64,000 nt of DNA from an uncultured Planctomycetales bacterium (GTDB taxonomy: Bacteria; Omnitrophota; Gorgyraeia; Zapsychrales; Fredricksoniimonadaceae): assembly GCA_964583975.1 (NCBI GenBank), contig CAZOXU010000001.1, positions 35,552-99,551 on the forward strand, given 5' to 3'. The stretch's first letter is position 1. Each line of letters begins with the position of its first letter. The notes beneath the pieces are model-generated. The model was not told where the DNA came from, did not search any database, and worked only from the letters and a program-made list of their open reading frames with translations. This document shows positions 38,242 through 48,895 of this stretch, piece by piece. The translations under genes were made by a program, and so were the position numbers.

Positions 38242-39947
38242 TGACACGACATAAATTTATATTATTGATAACTATATTAATCCTAAGCGGACCTATAGTT
38301 CCTTGCTTAGCCCAAGGAAAGAATCAATCCCAAAAGGATTTACTTATCGAAAAGACCCTTGATGCCTTTACTCCTCCCAATATCTATCAGGAGACTGTCT
38401 CGGATAATGAGTCTTCCATTTCACGCTCTAACTCCCAAGAATTATCCTCCACATCTGTTTCGCCTGATCAAGCGGATGCTGACGTCAATGCCGATGGTTC
38501 TCCTGCTGTCAAGAATACCGATGATATTCCCAACGATGAAACTATTGATATGTTGGAATTAAAAGATGTAGATATATCCGATGTACTTAAATTACTTTCC
38601 CAGAAAAGCGGATTAAATATTATTGCTAACCAAAATGTTCAAGGAAAAGTGACAGTCTTCTTAAAAGATGTAAAACTCAAAGATGCTTTAGGTATAGTTT
38701 TAGATTCCAACAACCTGGCGTATAAGGTTGAAGAAGGCATCATTAGAGTTATGCCTGCTCGCGAATTTGAAGATAGATATGGATATAAATTTGGAGGCAA
38801 TGTCAAAAATCTGGCTGTCCATTTAAACTACGCTAATGTCAACGATGTGACTGCTATTTTGATGCAAATAAAAAGTTTCTCAGGAAAAATTCTTGCCGAT
38901 ATTAAATCCAACACCCTGGTCCTCATTGATTCTTCTGAGAAATTAAACATCATGGAGAATTTAATTAAGAAAATTGATGTCCCAGTGCAAACCGAAGTAT
39001 TTGAACTGCTCTATGCTCAAGCTAAGACTGTCTCGGAAAAATTGGCAGAAACCCTCAACAAAGATACTGGTAAGGTCCGTTTTGATGAACGCACCAATAA
39101 AATAGTTGTTACTGACACGCCTTCTAAGATCAAAGAAATTTCTAAACTTATTAAGGCTTTTGATGTTAAAGAAACACAAGTTCTTATTGAAGCTAAAATT
39201 ATTCAAGTGACTTTAGATAAACAAAATCAATTTGGGATTGATTGGGAAGGATTAATCAAGAAACATAGCAATATTGACTTTAAATCTAATTTCAAAGTTA
39301 TACCTGATACAGCACCTAATTCTGGTTCATTACGTATCGGCACCGTCAGTGATAATCAATATGGAATACTTTTGCAAGCCTTGCAAACCTCGACCCACTC
39401 AACCATTCTTTCATCCCCAAGCATTACAGCTTTAAACAATCATGAGGCCAAAATATTGGTGGGTACCACTCAGCCTTATGTGACATCAACAACAACAACG
39501 CCCTCTTCTGGACCAGCTACGACTGCCGAAAGTATTAACTTTATTGATATAGGCGTTAAGCTTTACGTTACACCAACCATTCATCAAGATAATTTTATTA
39601 CAATGAAAATCCGGCCTGAAGTAAGTTCGGCTGGAACTTCCTTAACCACCAGCAACGGCAATAAAATTCCAATTGTAGACACCTCTCAGGCGGAAACTAA
39701 TGTTTCTGTTAAAGATGGGGTGACCATTATCATTGGTGGGCTTATTAAAGACCAATTAATCAAATCATCTAACAGGGTTCCCGTGCTAGGCAATATTCCA
39801 TTGTTAGGTGCAGCATTTCGCAACAGTGATGACCACCCTATTAAATCTGAAATTATCATCTTCCTGACCCCTAAAATTGTGACAGGAGATGTCCCTGTTG
39901 AAGTAAAAACCCGCCAGTATCCTGATAACGATAAAAAATCTAATTAA
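38241..39947 (+). CDS. gspD: Secretin (GspD/PilQ family) outer-membrane channel
   Basis: Signal peptide, N0/N1-type domains and a C-terminal secretin domain (VPVLGNIPLLGAAFRN...IIIFLTPKIV). Confidence 0.85.
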   Translation: MTRHKFILLITILILSGPIVPCLAQGKNQSQKDLLIEKTLDAFTPPNIYQETVSDNESSISRSNSQELSSTSVSPDQADADVNADGSPAVKNTDDIPNDETIDMLELKDVDISDVLKLLSQKSGLNIIANQNVQGKVTVFLKDVKLKDALGIVLDSNNLAYKVEEGIIRVMPAREFEDRYGYKFGGNVKNLAVHLNYANVNDVTAILMQIKSFSGKILADIKSNTLVLIDSSEKLNIMENLIKKIDVPVQTEVFELLYAQAKTVSEKLAETLNKDTGKVRFDERTNKIVVTDTPSKIKEISKLIKAFDVKETQVLIEAKIIQVTLDKQNQFGIDWEGLIKKHSNIDFKSNFKVIPDTAPNSGSLRIGTVSDNQYGILLQALQTSTHSTILSSPSITALNNHEAKILVGTTQPYVTSTTTTPSSGPATTAESINFIDIGVKLYVTPTIHQDNFITMKIRPEVSSAGTSLTTSNGNKIPIVDTSQAETNVSVKDGVTIIIGGLIKDQLIKSSNRVPVLGNIPLLGAAFRNSDDHPIKSEIIIFLTPKIVTGDVPVEVKTRQYPDNDKKSN

Positions 39948-39954
39948 TCTAGCA

Positions 39955-39993
39955 ATAAAAAACCCTGCACCAAACGGTACAGGGTCTTTTATT
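39955..39993. terminator. Bidirectional rho-independent terminator between the convergent gspD and rpoD genes
   Basis: aaaaaa-accctg-caccaaacggta-cagggt-cttttatt. Confidence 0.5.
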
Positions 39994-40011
39994 AAACTTC
40001 ATTAACCTTGA

Positions 40012-41613
40012 TTATATAATCACTTCCCCATCTTTAGCAGCCATATCTAAGAATGACTTGATACGACGGCTACGTGTGGGATGACGTAACTTGCGAAGGG
40101 CCTTGGATTCAATTTGGCGCACGCGTTCACGCGTAACGCTAAACTCAGCCCCTACTTCTTCCAGGGTGCGGCTTGTGCCATCATGGATCCCAAAACGCAA
40201 TTCCAAAATCTTGCGTTCACGTTCATCCAAGGTCTGCAATACTGAAGTAATTTCATCTTTTAACATCGAATGCAAGGTTGCATTAGCAGGCGATACAGCT
40301 TTTTTATCTTCGATAAAATCACCGAAATGTGTATCACCTTCATCACCAATCGGTGTTTGTAAAGATATAGGAACCTGAGAAATCTTAAGGATTTCCTTAA
40401 CCTTTCCTATAGGCATACGCATTTCCAAAGCAATTTCTTGAGGTGTCGGTTCACGGCCGTATTCTTGTACCCACACGCGTGAGACACGAATGATCTTATT
40501 AATCGTCTCAGTCATGTGTACTGGAATACGAATGGTTCTTGCTTGATCAGCAATCGAACGAGTGATAGCCTGACGAATCCACCAAGTGGCGTAGGTTGAG
40601 AATTTATACCCGCGTTTGTATTCAAACTTTTCTACCGCGCGGATAAGACCCATATTCCCTTCCTGGATAAGATCCAAGAATGAAAGACCACGATTAATGT
40701 ATTTCTTAGCAATTGAAACGACCAGACGCAAGTTAGCTTCCACAAGGAGCTTCTTGGCCTTATTAAAACGAGACTGACGTGTTTTTATTTCACGCAGTTG
40801 ATTTTTAACGGTCGCAACTGGCTCACCTAATTCTTTTAATAAAGCTTCTCTTTGCTTTTTAAACTCAGGAGCATTGAGAGCATTCTTTTTAGCTTTCAAA
40901 ATACGGTCAATGCGTTCGATATTCTCAATGATCTCGGTGATCTTGATAACAATATCTTCGTTAACGGTGGACGTTAACTTAAACTCTGCAATGGATTTTG
41001 AAGAGATATCTGATCCAACGCGTGTATGACGAACTTTCTCTAAGATCTTGGCCAAATCTTTAACCAAGCGTCCTCGACGTTCAAGTTCATCCTTGATAAC
41101 ATCTTCGGCATTGATTTCTTCCTTTAAGACGGCATTGATCATGGCAATCGCTTCTTTACGAGCGAAATACGTCTTAAATAAAGCTTCGGCAAATTTGATT
41201 TCTGCTTCTTCGATACGTTTTGCCAAAGCAATTTCTTCTTCGCGGGTCAACAAAGGAATTGATCCCATTTGTTTCAAGTACATTTTGACAGGATCATCTA
41301 AAGGAATAAATTTGTCTGAGTAAACATCTTCTTCCTTATTTTCTTCCCTGACACGACGAACTTGCTGTTCACGGGTCTCTTCATTGGAAGCTTCTTCACC
41401 AGGGGTAGCAGCTGCTTCTTCATCAGAATCAACAACCTTGATTTCCTGGCCGTCTAAAATATCAAACACTTGATCGACATCATCCGAAGAATCAATGGCA
41501 TCAGAAAGAGTTTCATTAACCTCATCATAGGTCAAGAAACCTTTCTTTTTACCTAAGGACACTAACTTGTCCAAATCTCCTTGAATATCTCTGTCTTTAA
41601 CTTGTTCTGCCAT
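40012..41613 (-). CDS. rpoD: RNA polymerase sigma-70 factor RpoD
   Basis: Regions 1.2 through 4 are present; the 2.4 and 4.2 motifs are conserved. 533 aa. Confidence 0.95.
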   Translation of the reverse strand: MAEQVKDRDIQGDLDKLVSLGKKKGFLTYDEVNETLSDAIDSSDDVDQVFDILDGQEIKVVDSDEEAAATPGEEASNEETREQQVRRVREENKEEDVYSDKFIPLDDPVKMYLKQMGSIPLLTREEEIALAKRIEEAEIKFAEALFKTYFARKEAIAMINAVLKEEINAEDVIKDELERRGRLVKDLAKILEKVRHTRVGSDISSKSIAEFKLTSTVNEDIVIKITEIIENIERIDRILKAKKNALNAPEFKKQREALLKELGEPVATVKNQLREIKTRQSRFNKAKKLLVEANLRLVVSIAKKYINRGLSFLDLIQEGNMGLIRAVEKFEYKRGYKFSTYATWWIRQAITRSIADQARTIRIPVHMTETINKIIRVSRVWVQEYGREPTPQEIALEMRMPIGKVKEILKISQVPISLQTPIGDEGDTHFGDFIEDKKAVSPANATLHSMLKDEITSVLQTLDERERKILELRFGIHDGTSRTLEEVGAEFSVTRERVRQIESKALRKLRHPTRSRRIKSFLDMAAKDGEVII

Positions 41614-41659
41614 GGTAAGTCCCTCTATCTTTAATTGAAGTTTAACTTCAAAGTATTAA

Positions 41660-43438
41660 TTACATTTTTATCAAATCTTGAAACTTGGCTCGTAATACTT
41701 CTATGTTTGAACTGTCCCCTCGAGTTTCAGCTTCTTTAATTTGTTCCATCAGTTCTTGTTTTTGTTTCTTCAGACGCTCTTTTTGAATACGTCCGATACA
41801 ATCATCAAAAACTTGCTGCATTTGTCCCAACTTAGCATCTTCTTGATTGACTAACTTAGTCAAAAGATTATGGGTTGCTACATCTTCAATGTGCATCAGA
41901 AGATCATGGACTGACCATTCTGGGCTTTCCTGACTTAATTGCCAGATCGTTTCAATGATACCCCGCATAGGGCCAGCTGAAAAATCTTGCGGGCCAATGA
42001 ATGCGCGAGCTTGAGCAACCCATGACGGATCTTTTAGAAACAATGCCAAAAGCATGGTTTCAACGGCCGGGGTCTTATAGTTTTGAGATGCGATCGGGCC
42101 TTTGGCCTCTTCTCTCACTTGCCCTTTGGGTTGTGACAATTGCCCTGATTGTTTAAATACCACAGATTCGGGTAGACTTAAACGTGCAGCCAATTGCCGA
42201 CTGAGCTCATACTTGATGACCTCATCTTTATAATGACCGATCGTTGCTAACATTTGCTGACAGATTTGGGATTTACCCTCTACGGTTTGTATTCCGTACT
42301 GTGTTGTCAGCCAATTAAGTTTGTAGTCAAACAACGACACCGCTTGGTCTAGGCGTTGACGAAAACGCTCTAGCCCCTGTTGCCTTATAAATGAATCCGG
42401 ATCTTGGGTCTCTTCAAGTGTGACGACCTTCACATTCATCCCTTCATCAATCAACAAATCTAAACTGCGAATGATCGCTGATTGACCTGCGGGATCTGTA
42501 TCAAAGAGCATTACCACATTGGATGTATATCGTCTTATGAGTCTTATTTGATCGACGGTCAATGCCGTCCCTAAAGACGCGGCGATATTTTCAATGCCGT
42601 GAGTGAAAGGCATAATCATGTCCATATAGCCTTCCACAATCACGATATGGTCAACATCTCCGATGGACTTTTTGGTCAAATTAAGACCAAATAAATGCCG
42701 GCCTTTTGTATATGCCGGTGTCTCGGGAGAGTTGATGTATTTAGCCCCTTCAGCGTCATTTAAGGCGCGAGCGCCAAACGCTAAAGGGTGACTATTAATG
42801 TCAAAAATCGGAAAAATAATGCGGCCCCGAAATCTATCGTAAAAGCCGCCTCGTTCACGGGCTATGACCAAGCCCGCTTGCTGCATTAATTCTAAGGTAA
42901 TACCTTTATTTTTTAAAACCCCGATCAGAGATTCCCACTCATCGGGAGCAAATCCAAGTTGAAACTTCTTAACCGTTTCTAAATCAACACCGCGACCTTT
43001 TAAGTAATCCCTTGCTGCTTTAGCTGCTGGTTCACGACTAGTTAATAAGGTCTGATGAAAAAATTCTAATGCCAACTGGTTGATCTTATAAATCTCATCT
43101 TTTAACTTCTTTGAGGGATTTACAGTAGCTCGATCTTCCTCAATGATCTCAATACCAGCTAGTTCAGCTAAAAATCGTACTGCTTCTGGAAATTCCAGAC
43201 GTTCCTGACGCATCACGAATGATACGACATTGCCTCCTACCCCGCATCCAAAGCAGTGAAAAATCTGCTTGTCAGGATTTACGACAAATGACGATGTTTT
43301 TTCATTATGAAATGGACAAAGAGCTTTAAAATTACTTCCTGCTTTTTTGAGCGTCGTGTATCGACTAATAACCGCTACGATATCCGATCGGTCAATGACC
43401 TGACGAATAATATCTTGCCCAATTAAACCCACATCCAA
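41660..43438 (-). CDS. dnaG: DNA primase
   Basis: Zinc ribbon CPFHNEKTSSF...CFGCG, a TOPRIM domain (EGYMDMI) and a C-terminal helicase-interaction domain. Confidence 0.9.
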   Translation of the reverse strand: MDVGLIGQDIIRQVIDRSDIVAVISRYTTLKKAGSNFKALCPFHNEKTSSFVVNPDKQIFHCFGCGVGGNVVSFVMRQERLEFPEAVRFLAELAGIEIIEEDRATVNPSKKLKDEIYKINQLALEFFHQTLLTSREPAAKAARDYLKGRGVDLETVKKFQLGFAPDEWESLIGVLKNKGITLELMQQAGLVIARERGGFYDRFRGRIIFPIFDINSHPLAFGARALNDAEGAKYINSPETPAYTKGRHLFGLNLTKKSIGDVDHIVIVEGYMDMIMPFTHGIENIAASLGTALTVDQIRLIRRYTSNVVMLFDTDPAGQSAIIRSLDLLIDEGMNVKVVTLEETQDPDSFIRQQGLERFRQRLDQAVSLFDYKLNWLTTQYGIQTVEGKSQICQQMLATIGHYKDEVIKYELSRQLAARLSLPESVVFKQSGQLSQPKGQVREEAKGPIASQNYKTPAVETMLLALFLKDPSWVAQARAFIGPQDFSAGPMRGIIETIWQLSQESPEWSVHDLLMHIEDVATHNLLTKLVNQEDAKLGQMQQVFDDCIGRIQKERLKKQKQELMEQIKEAETRGDSSNIEVLRAKFQDLIKM

Positions 43439-43484
43439 CTCCTACTTAATATCCTCTGCCTACCGGCAGACAAGTTCAAACGCT

Positions 43485-44081
43485 TTACTTTGAACGCTTT
43501 CGATCATCGCTATTTGGTGAAATCACCTTAAAAACATCTTCGTTAAGTCTTTCTTCTGTAAAGACTTTCCCAATAAAATTTCGATAAATAAAAAAATAAG
43601 TGTTGGGGGCCACTTTTAAAGCCAGTTTTTGCGAGGTGGAACTAAAGGTTTGGCGCTGTAAGAATTCCAGATTACTTAAAAGCATACCATACATAATTAA
43701 ACTTGCCAAAAATACGGCTCTGACCACTGAAAGGATGCCTGCTCCCCATTGGTTAAAGCCTGCATGGGTCGTTTCAAACTTAAAAAGGATAAGAAACCCA
43801 TCTCGCAAATACTTAATAATGATAACCAAAACCACCACTAATAAGACAAAGAACGTAATTTCTAGCCAGTTGAGCGACCAACCTGTTTTTTTAGCGATAA
43901 ATGCCGACAAACCGCTATAGTAATGCAAACCAATAAAAACCGCGCATAAAATTCCAAAAAGCTTGAAAAGCTCTGTAACAAAGCCAGTTTTGACTCCAAT
44001 GAAAACTATGCGGATAAGCAAAATCAGCATAGCTACATCAACCCAGTTAATACTCTTTAAAATATGTGTAAATGTGTTCAT
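43485..44081 (-). CDS. cvpA: CvpA-family membrane protein
   Basis: Four-TM CvpA architecture with the N-terminus NWVDVAMLILLIRIVFIGVKTGFV. Confidence 0.65.
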   Translation of the reverse strand: MNTFTHILKSINWVDVAMLILLIRIVFIGVKTGFVTELFKLFGILCAVFIGLHYYSGLSAFIAKKTGWSLNWLEITFFVLLVVVLVIIIKYLRDGFLILFKFETTHAGFNQWGAGILSVVRAVFLASLIMYGMLLSNLEFLQRQTFSSTSQKLALKVAPNTYFFIYRNFIGKVFTEERLNEDVFKVISPNSDDRKRSK

Positions 44082-44097
44082 TTCTGGGATTTAGTGG

Positions 44098-44130
44098 AAG
44101 TATAACATGCTCCCCATGGCAGTGTCAAGG
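44098..44130 (-). promoter_or_regulatory. Candidate sigma-70 promoter for cvpA (TTGACA-N17-TTATAC on the minus strand)
   Basis: The minus strand reads cTTGACActgccatggggagcatgTTATACt ~15 nt upstream of the cvpA ATG. Confidence 0.3.
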
Positions 44131-44250
44131 AAGCGCTCCCTACTTTCTTAAGATTTAATAAAGTATTTATCCTATTCATATTTATAGAGTTATAGCATAA
44201 TGGGGATTAAAAGAAAAGCTTTTTCTTTAAAGGGGATTCCGATACCTTAT

Positions 44251-47200
44251 TTATACAGCCATGGCTGCTTCAACAGGTTGGGCAGGCTTAGATTGTGAAG
44301 CCGCTTCTGAAGGAGATTCCTTAAACTTAACAGATACAATACGAGAGACGCCTCTTTCTTGCATGGTCACCCCGTACATAATATCGGCCACACCCATGGT
44401 CTTTTTGTTATGAGTAATGACCACAAATTGGGCAATTTTGGCAAATTCTTTCAAAAGGTTGGCAAAACGACCCACATTGCTTTCATCCAAAGCTGCATCA
44501 ATTTCATCGAGTACGCAGAATGGTGAAGGATTGACCTTAAACACACCAAAAATCAAGGCAATTGCAGTCAGGGTTTTCTCACCACCTGATAAAAGGCTAA
44601 TATTTTGTAATTTCTTGCCTGGTGGCCGAGCTACAATATCAATACCGCATTCCAAGGCATTTTCAGGATCCAACAAGATTAATTGGGCCTCTCCGCCTCC
44701 AAAAAGCATGCGGAAATAGATCTGGAACTCTTCATTGACCTTAACAAATGTATCAGTAAACATCTGCCGGGTGGTACGATTAATTTTCTGAATGGTTGAC
44801 ATCAACTGCTCACGGGCAGTCAAAAGATCGCTTTGCTGTTTGGTCAAGAACTCAAATCTGCCTTTAAGCTCATCGAACTCTTCGATTGCAACTAAATTAA
44901 CCGCTCCATAAGATTCACAACGTTTCTTCAATCGTTCAATTTCAAGCGCCAATTCTTCTTCATTCATTTGAGGAATAGCGATGGCATTAGCTTCAATATT
45001 TGAAGGCACACTATTTTCAGAATTCTCAACCGTTTCAGATTGTTGAGCTTGAGCTGTTAATTCAGGTAATAGCGCCCCTTCAGCCATCCATTGATCCCAA
45101 TCAATCTTGTAAGACTGCAATAGACGTTCTTTCAGTGAACGCTGAGTAAACTGTAATTCTTGCTGACGCATTTGAAGATTATGTAATTCTGTTTTGGAAT
45201 TAATAATTTCATCTTCAATCGCCTTAGCGTTAAGACGGATTCCATTTAAACGCTGAGCCATCTCTGCTTTTTGAGCAACAGCTTGATCCAAAGAAGTATT
45301 CAATCCCTCTTTTTTAGATTTCAAATGTTCAATGGCCACTTGCAAATTAGTGATGTCGTCATTGATTTTAACTTTCTTGGCAATAGATTCTTGATACTCT
45401 TGATCAAAACGACTGATATCAGAAAGATCACGTTCTAAATTTTGGGAATGCAAATTAAGATTATCTTGCGCATTGATTTGCTGACCTTGCAATCCATTTA
45501 ACTGTTCTTGCAACTGGACAATGGTCATATTCCATTCTTCACGCTCTTTTTGACGACGCTCAATGTCTTCTTGTTTGATTTTAATTTCTTCTTCAATGAG
45601 CTTGATTTGTCCGTCGATACCTTGCAATTCTACCGTTAATTGAGATTCCTGCACTTTAAGTTCAGCTAATGCTGATTCGATTTGCGCAAACTCCATATGA
45701 ATCATATCTAATTCACCAACAATTTTACCCGACTGAAGTTCGATATCATTTTTCTGAGCTTCCAAAACTGAAAGCTTCTTTTCTTGTTGTTGGATATCTT
45801 TCAATGCGATATCGATTGATTCATTCAATTGTTTTACATTTTGAGATAAAACATCTTTCTGGGCATTCTCAGCAGTCAATTGAGCATCGACCATAACAAT
45901 GCGATCATCCATATGGGCCAAATCTAATTCGACATACTTGGTTTCATAAACAATTTCATACCCTCCTGCTACTTCTTGAATGCTTTTGATTTTTCCAATG
46001 ATACCGGTTTGCAATTCCGAAGGTTTAACCGGCGCAATGAAACGACCTTCAACCACAGGGTCAGGATTATCCTGATATTGACGCTGCATTCTGGCGATAA
46101 AATCTTTTTGGGACATCAAAAAGACTCGAGACTTTTCTAATTCATCAATCTTAGCTTCAGTCTGTGACAATTGATCTTTCAAATTAACTTCGCTTTGGCG
46201 TTGATCATTTAAAGCGACCCATTGTCCTTCAAGTTGCTTTTGAACATCATTAATAGCAATGTTAATAGATTCAAATCTTTGATTGACCTGGGTCTTTTCT
46301 TGACTGACCTTACTATTTTCTTGTTCCAATCGACTCTTGTGGGCGTTTTCTTCCAAAACACGCTTCATATTTTCTGTTAATTGATTTTTCAGTCGAACTT
46401 GGCTGCTATTAAACTCAAAAATTCTAGCTGAAGAAGCATCAACAAAAGAATTAGCCTCATTAATAAAAATCATCAAAGCATTTAAACCACGACGTTTTTC
46501 ATCGAGGGAGACTGTCAATGAGGCAACCGATTCAGTGATCAAGACCAACTGAGCTTTAATATCTTCAATTTTACCTTGATGTCCGCTGCAACGTTCCAAT
46601 GCTGCTTTTTTGTCAGACTCCAAACGCAGCATGGTTTGATCAATATTTTGTAAACGTTCATCATTAAACCCAATTTGACGAACATTAACCTCAATATCAT
46701 TATCCAAACGGATCTGTTGGGCCTTAAATTCATTGATTTGTTCATCTAATTCTTCGATTAAGGCCGTTTCATGTTCGATGCGTTCATTGAATTCTTGTAA
46801 ACGTAAAAGCCCTTGCTGTTCTTTGTTGTGCAGATCCTGCAAAGAGTTAGCAATACCATCATATTCACGCGCAAAACTTTCCATTTGGCTTTTAGCCACG
46901 ATCAATTCAAATTGTTTAAGACGTTCAAACTCTTCCTTGTAGCGCTGCGCTTTTTTGGCTTGGCGTTCGATGGTTGCAATCTGGCGTTTAACTTCCACCA
47001 CAATGTCATTGATACGCACGAGATTGTCTTCAGTTTCTTTAAGCTTATTGAGAGCTTCTTTTTTCTTAGCTTTATACTTGGTGATACCGGCCGCTTCATC
47101 GAAAATTTGACGACGATCATCGGGTTTCGCAGAAACAACCAAGTCTACCTTACCTTGTTGGATCAAGGAATAGGCTTCTGCACCAACACCCGTGCCTAAA

Positions 47201-47583
47201 AACATCTCAACAATGTCTTTCAATCGGCAAACAGCTTTATTAATTAGATATTCACTCTCACCAGAACGGAATAAACGGCGGGTTACAATGACTTCTTCTG
47301 TTTCTAGAGGCAAAATTTTAGATTCATTTGAGAAGATTAAAGAAACTTCGGCAAATCCAAGGGCAGATTTCTTATCTGTGCCATTAAAAATAACATCTTC
47401 CATGGAAGATCCACGGAGTTCCTTGCTGCTTTGCTCACCTAATACCCAACGCACGGCATCAAAAACATTACTTTTGCCGCAACCATTAGGTCCGACGATA
47501 ACAGCAATACCCTTTTGAAATTCCAAAACGGTTTTCTCAGCGAAGGATTTAAATCCAAAAATTTCTAAACGCTTAAGATACAT
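44251..47583 (-). CDS. smc: Chromosome partition protein SMC
   Basis: N-terminal Walker A GPNGCGKSN, long coiled coils and a hinge, and a C-terminal signature LSGGEKTLTAIAL plus Walker B; 1110 aa. Confidence 0.9.
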   Translation of the reverse strand: MYLKRLEIFGFKSFAEKTVLEFQKGIAVIVGPNGCGKSNVFDAVRWVLGEQSSKELRGSSMEDVIFNGTDKKSALGFAEVSLIFSNESKILPLETEEVIVTRRLFRSGESEYLINKAVCRLKDIVEMFLGTGVGAEAYSLIQQGKVDLVVSAKPDDRRQIFDEAAGITKYKAKKKEALNKLKETEDNLVRINDIVVEVKRQIATIERQAKKAQRYKEEFERLKQFELIVAKSQMESFAREYDGIANSLQDLHNKEQQGLLRLQEFNERIEHETALIEELDEQINEFKAQQIRLDNDIEVNVRQIGFNDERLQNIDQTMLRLESDKKAALERCSGHQGKIEDIKAQLVLITESVASLTVSLDEKRRGLNALMIFINEANSFVDASSARIFEFNSSQVRLKNQLTENMKRVLEENAHKSRLEQENSKVSQEKTQVNQRFESINIAINDVQKQLEGQWVALNDQRQSEVNLKDQLSQTEAKIDELEKSRVFLMSQKDFIARMQRQYQDNPDPVVEGRFIAPVKPSELQTGIIGKIKSIQEVAGGYEIVYETKYVELDLAHMDDRIVMVDAQLTAENAQKDVLSQNVKQLNESIDIALKDIQQQEKKLSVLEAQKNDIELQSGKIVGELDMIHMEFAQIESALAELKVQESQLTVELQGIDGQIKLIEEEIKIKQEDIERRQKEREEWNMTIVQLQEQLNGLQGQQINAQDNLNLHSQNLERDLSDISRFDQEYQESIAKKVKINDDITNLQVAIEHLKSKKEGLNTSLDQAVAQKAEMAQRLNGIRLNAKAIEDEIINSKTELHNLQMRQQELQFTQRSLKERLLQSYKIDWDQWMAEGALLPELTAQAQQSETVENSENSVPSNIEANAIAIPQMNEEELALEIERLKKRCESYGAVNLVAIEEFDELKGRFEFLTKQQSDLLTAREQLMSTIQKINRTTRQMFTDTFVKVNEEFQIYFRMLFGGGEAQLILLDPENALECGIDIVARPPGKKLQNISLLSGGEKTLTAIALIFGVFKVNPSPFCVLDEIDAALDESNVGRFANLLKEFAKIAQFVVITHNKKTMGVADIMYGVTMQERGVSRIVSVKFKESPSEAASQSKPAQPVEAAMAV

Positions 47584-47662
47584 GCATTTCTCCCGTAAAA
47601 AAGTCGAATAACAATACTTTATTAATCTTTCGTCGGAGTGTCAATTGTGAAATGAAATATTT

Positions 47663-48856
47663 TTACGAGAGAGGGACTTCAGGATTGACATCGGCATTAT
47701 AGTCTACGCCTGGAAGGCCAAAACCAAAAAGCTTTAAGAAGTCTTCATTGTAGCCATTCACATCCGCCACTTTGAGAAGATTTTCATCGCTCACTGTTTT
47801 CCAAACCAAAGCCACTTCATCTTGAACATCTTTTCTCATTTCTAATTCATCCACGCGTACACGCCCCTTATCATCCACAGGGATTTGATTTAAAGGACGT
47901 TTATTAAACAAACGATCGGCAAAAAGTCGGTAAATCTGATGAATACAGTCCTCATGAATGCCTTTTTGTTTCATAATCTTCATTAAAATCACAAAATATA
48001 ATGGAATAAATGGAATAGCTGAGGAACTTTGGGTCACCAAAGCTTTATTGACTGAAACAAATGCGCGACCGCCAATTTTCTTCAAAGATGCATCTAATTG
48101 ATGGGCTGTCGCTTCCAGATGATCCTTAGCCGCACCAATAGTACCGTTACGATACACAGGAGTTGTCACATCTGGACCAATATAAGAATACGCTACTGTT
48201 ACAGCGTTAGGGGCCAATAAATTTTGACTTACTAAGGCCTCAATCCATAATTGCCAGTCCTCGCCCCCCATAACCTTGACTGTTTCTTGCACTTCTTCCT
48301 CCGAAGCAGTCTCAAGAGTTACTGTAATGACTTTATTAGATTCAAAATCAATACTCTTATTAGTATAGGCAGCGCCTTTTGGCTTAAGAACTGACTTATA
48401 AATATAACCTGTCTTAGAATCTACTCGACGTGGCGAGGCTAAAGAATAAATAACACAATCTGCCTGTCCCCAATCAGCCTTAATGGCCTGACATACATCT
48501 TGGCGCATTTGATCTGAAAAGGCATCGCCATTAAAACTCTTAGCATAAAGACCTGCTTTCCTAGCAGCAGCCTCAAAAGAAGTAGAATTATACCAGCCTG
48601 CAGTAGCGGTACGCTTACCATCGGAAGCTTTTTCGAAAAACACACCCATGGTCGCAGCCCCCGCACCAAAAGCAGCTGTAATACGAGAAGCCAATCCATA
48701 ACCTGTAGAAGCTCCAATGACTAAAACCTTCTTAGGAGCACCTGTAATAGGCGCTTTAGATTTGATGTAGTCAATTTGCTGTTGGACATGAGCAGCGCAG
48801 CCTATTGGATGGGCTGTTGTACAAATAAATCCACGAATTTTAGGTTGTATAATCAT
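47663..48856 (-). CDS. fabV: Trans-2-enoyl-CoA/ACP reductase (NADH), FabV/TER family
   Basis: N-terminus MIIQPKIRGFICTTAHPIGC and the GASTGYGLASRI nucleotide motif, typical of FabV. Confidence 0.85.
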   Translation of the reverse strand: MIIQPKIRGFICTTAHPIGCAAHVQQQIDYIKSKAPITGAPKKVLVIGASTGYGLASRITAAFGAGAATMGVFFEKASDGKRTATAGWYNSTSFEAAARKAGLYAKSFNGDAFSDQMRQDVCQAIKADWGQADCVIYSLASPRRVDSKTGYIYKSVLKPKGAAYTNKSIDFESNKVITVTLETASEEEVQETVKVMGGEDWQLWIEALVSQNLLAPNAVTVAYSYIGPDVTTPVYRNGTIGAAKDHLEATAHQLDASLKKIGGRAFVSVNKALVTQSSSAIPFIPLYFVILMKIMKQKGIHEDCIHQIYRLFADRLFNKRPLNQIPVDDKGRVRVDELEMRKDVQDEVALVWKTVSDENLLKVADVNGYNEDFLKLFGFGLPGVDYNADVNPEVPLS

Positions 48857-48895
48857 AAATAAAATTTTAAATGGTTTTTAAAACGGGATAATTTA

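Noticed and set aside
44082-44250. Possible small ORF or ncRNA in the 170-bp cvpA-smc spacer (a 32-codon ORF, atggggattaaaag...)
   Set aside because: No RBS. The region is better explained as a promoter (TTGACA-N17-TTATAC) plus an aaagaaaagc/ttttcttt hairpin; evidence for a gene is insufficient.
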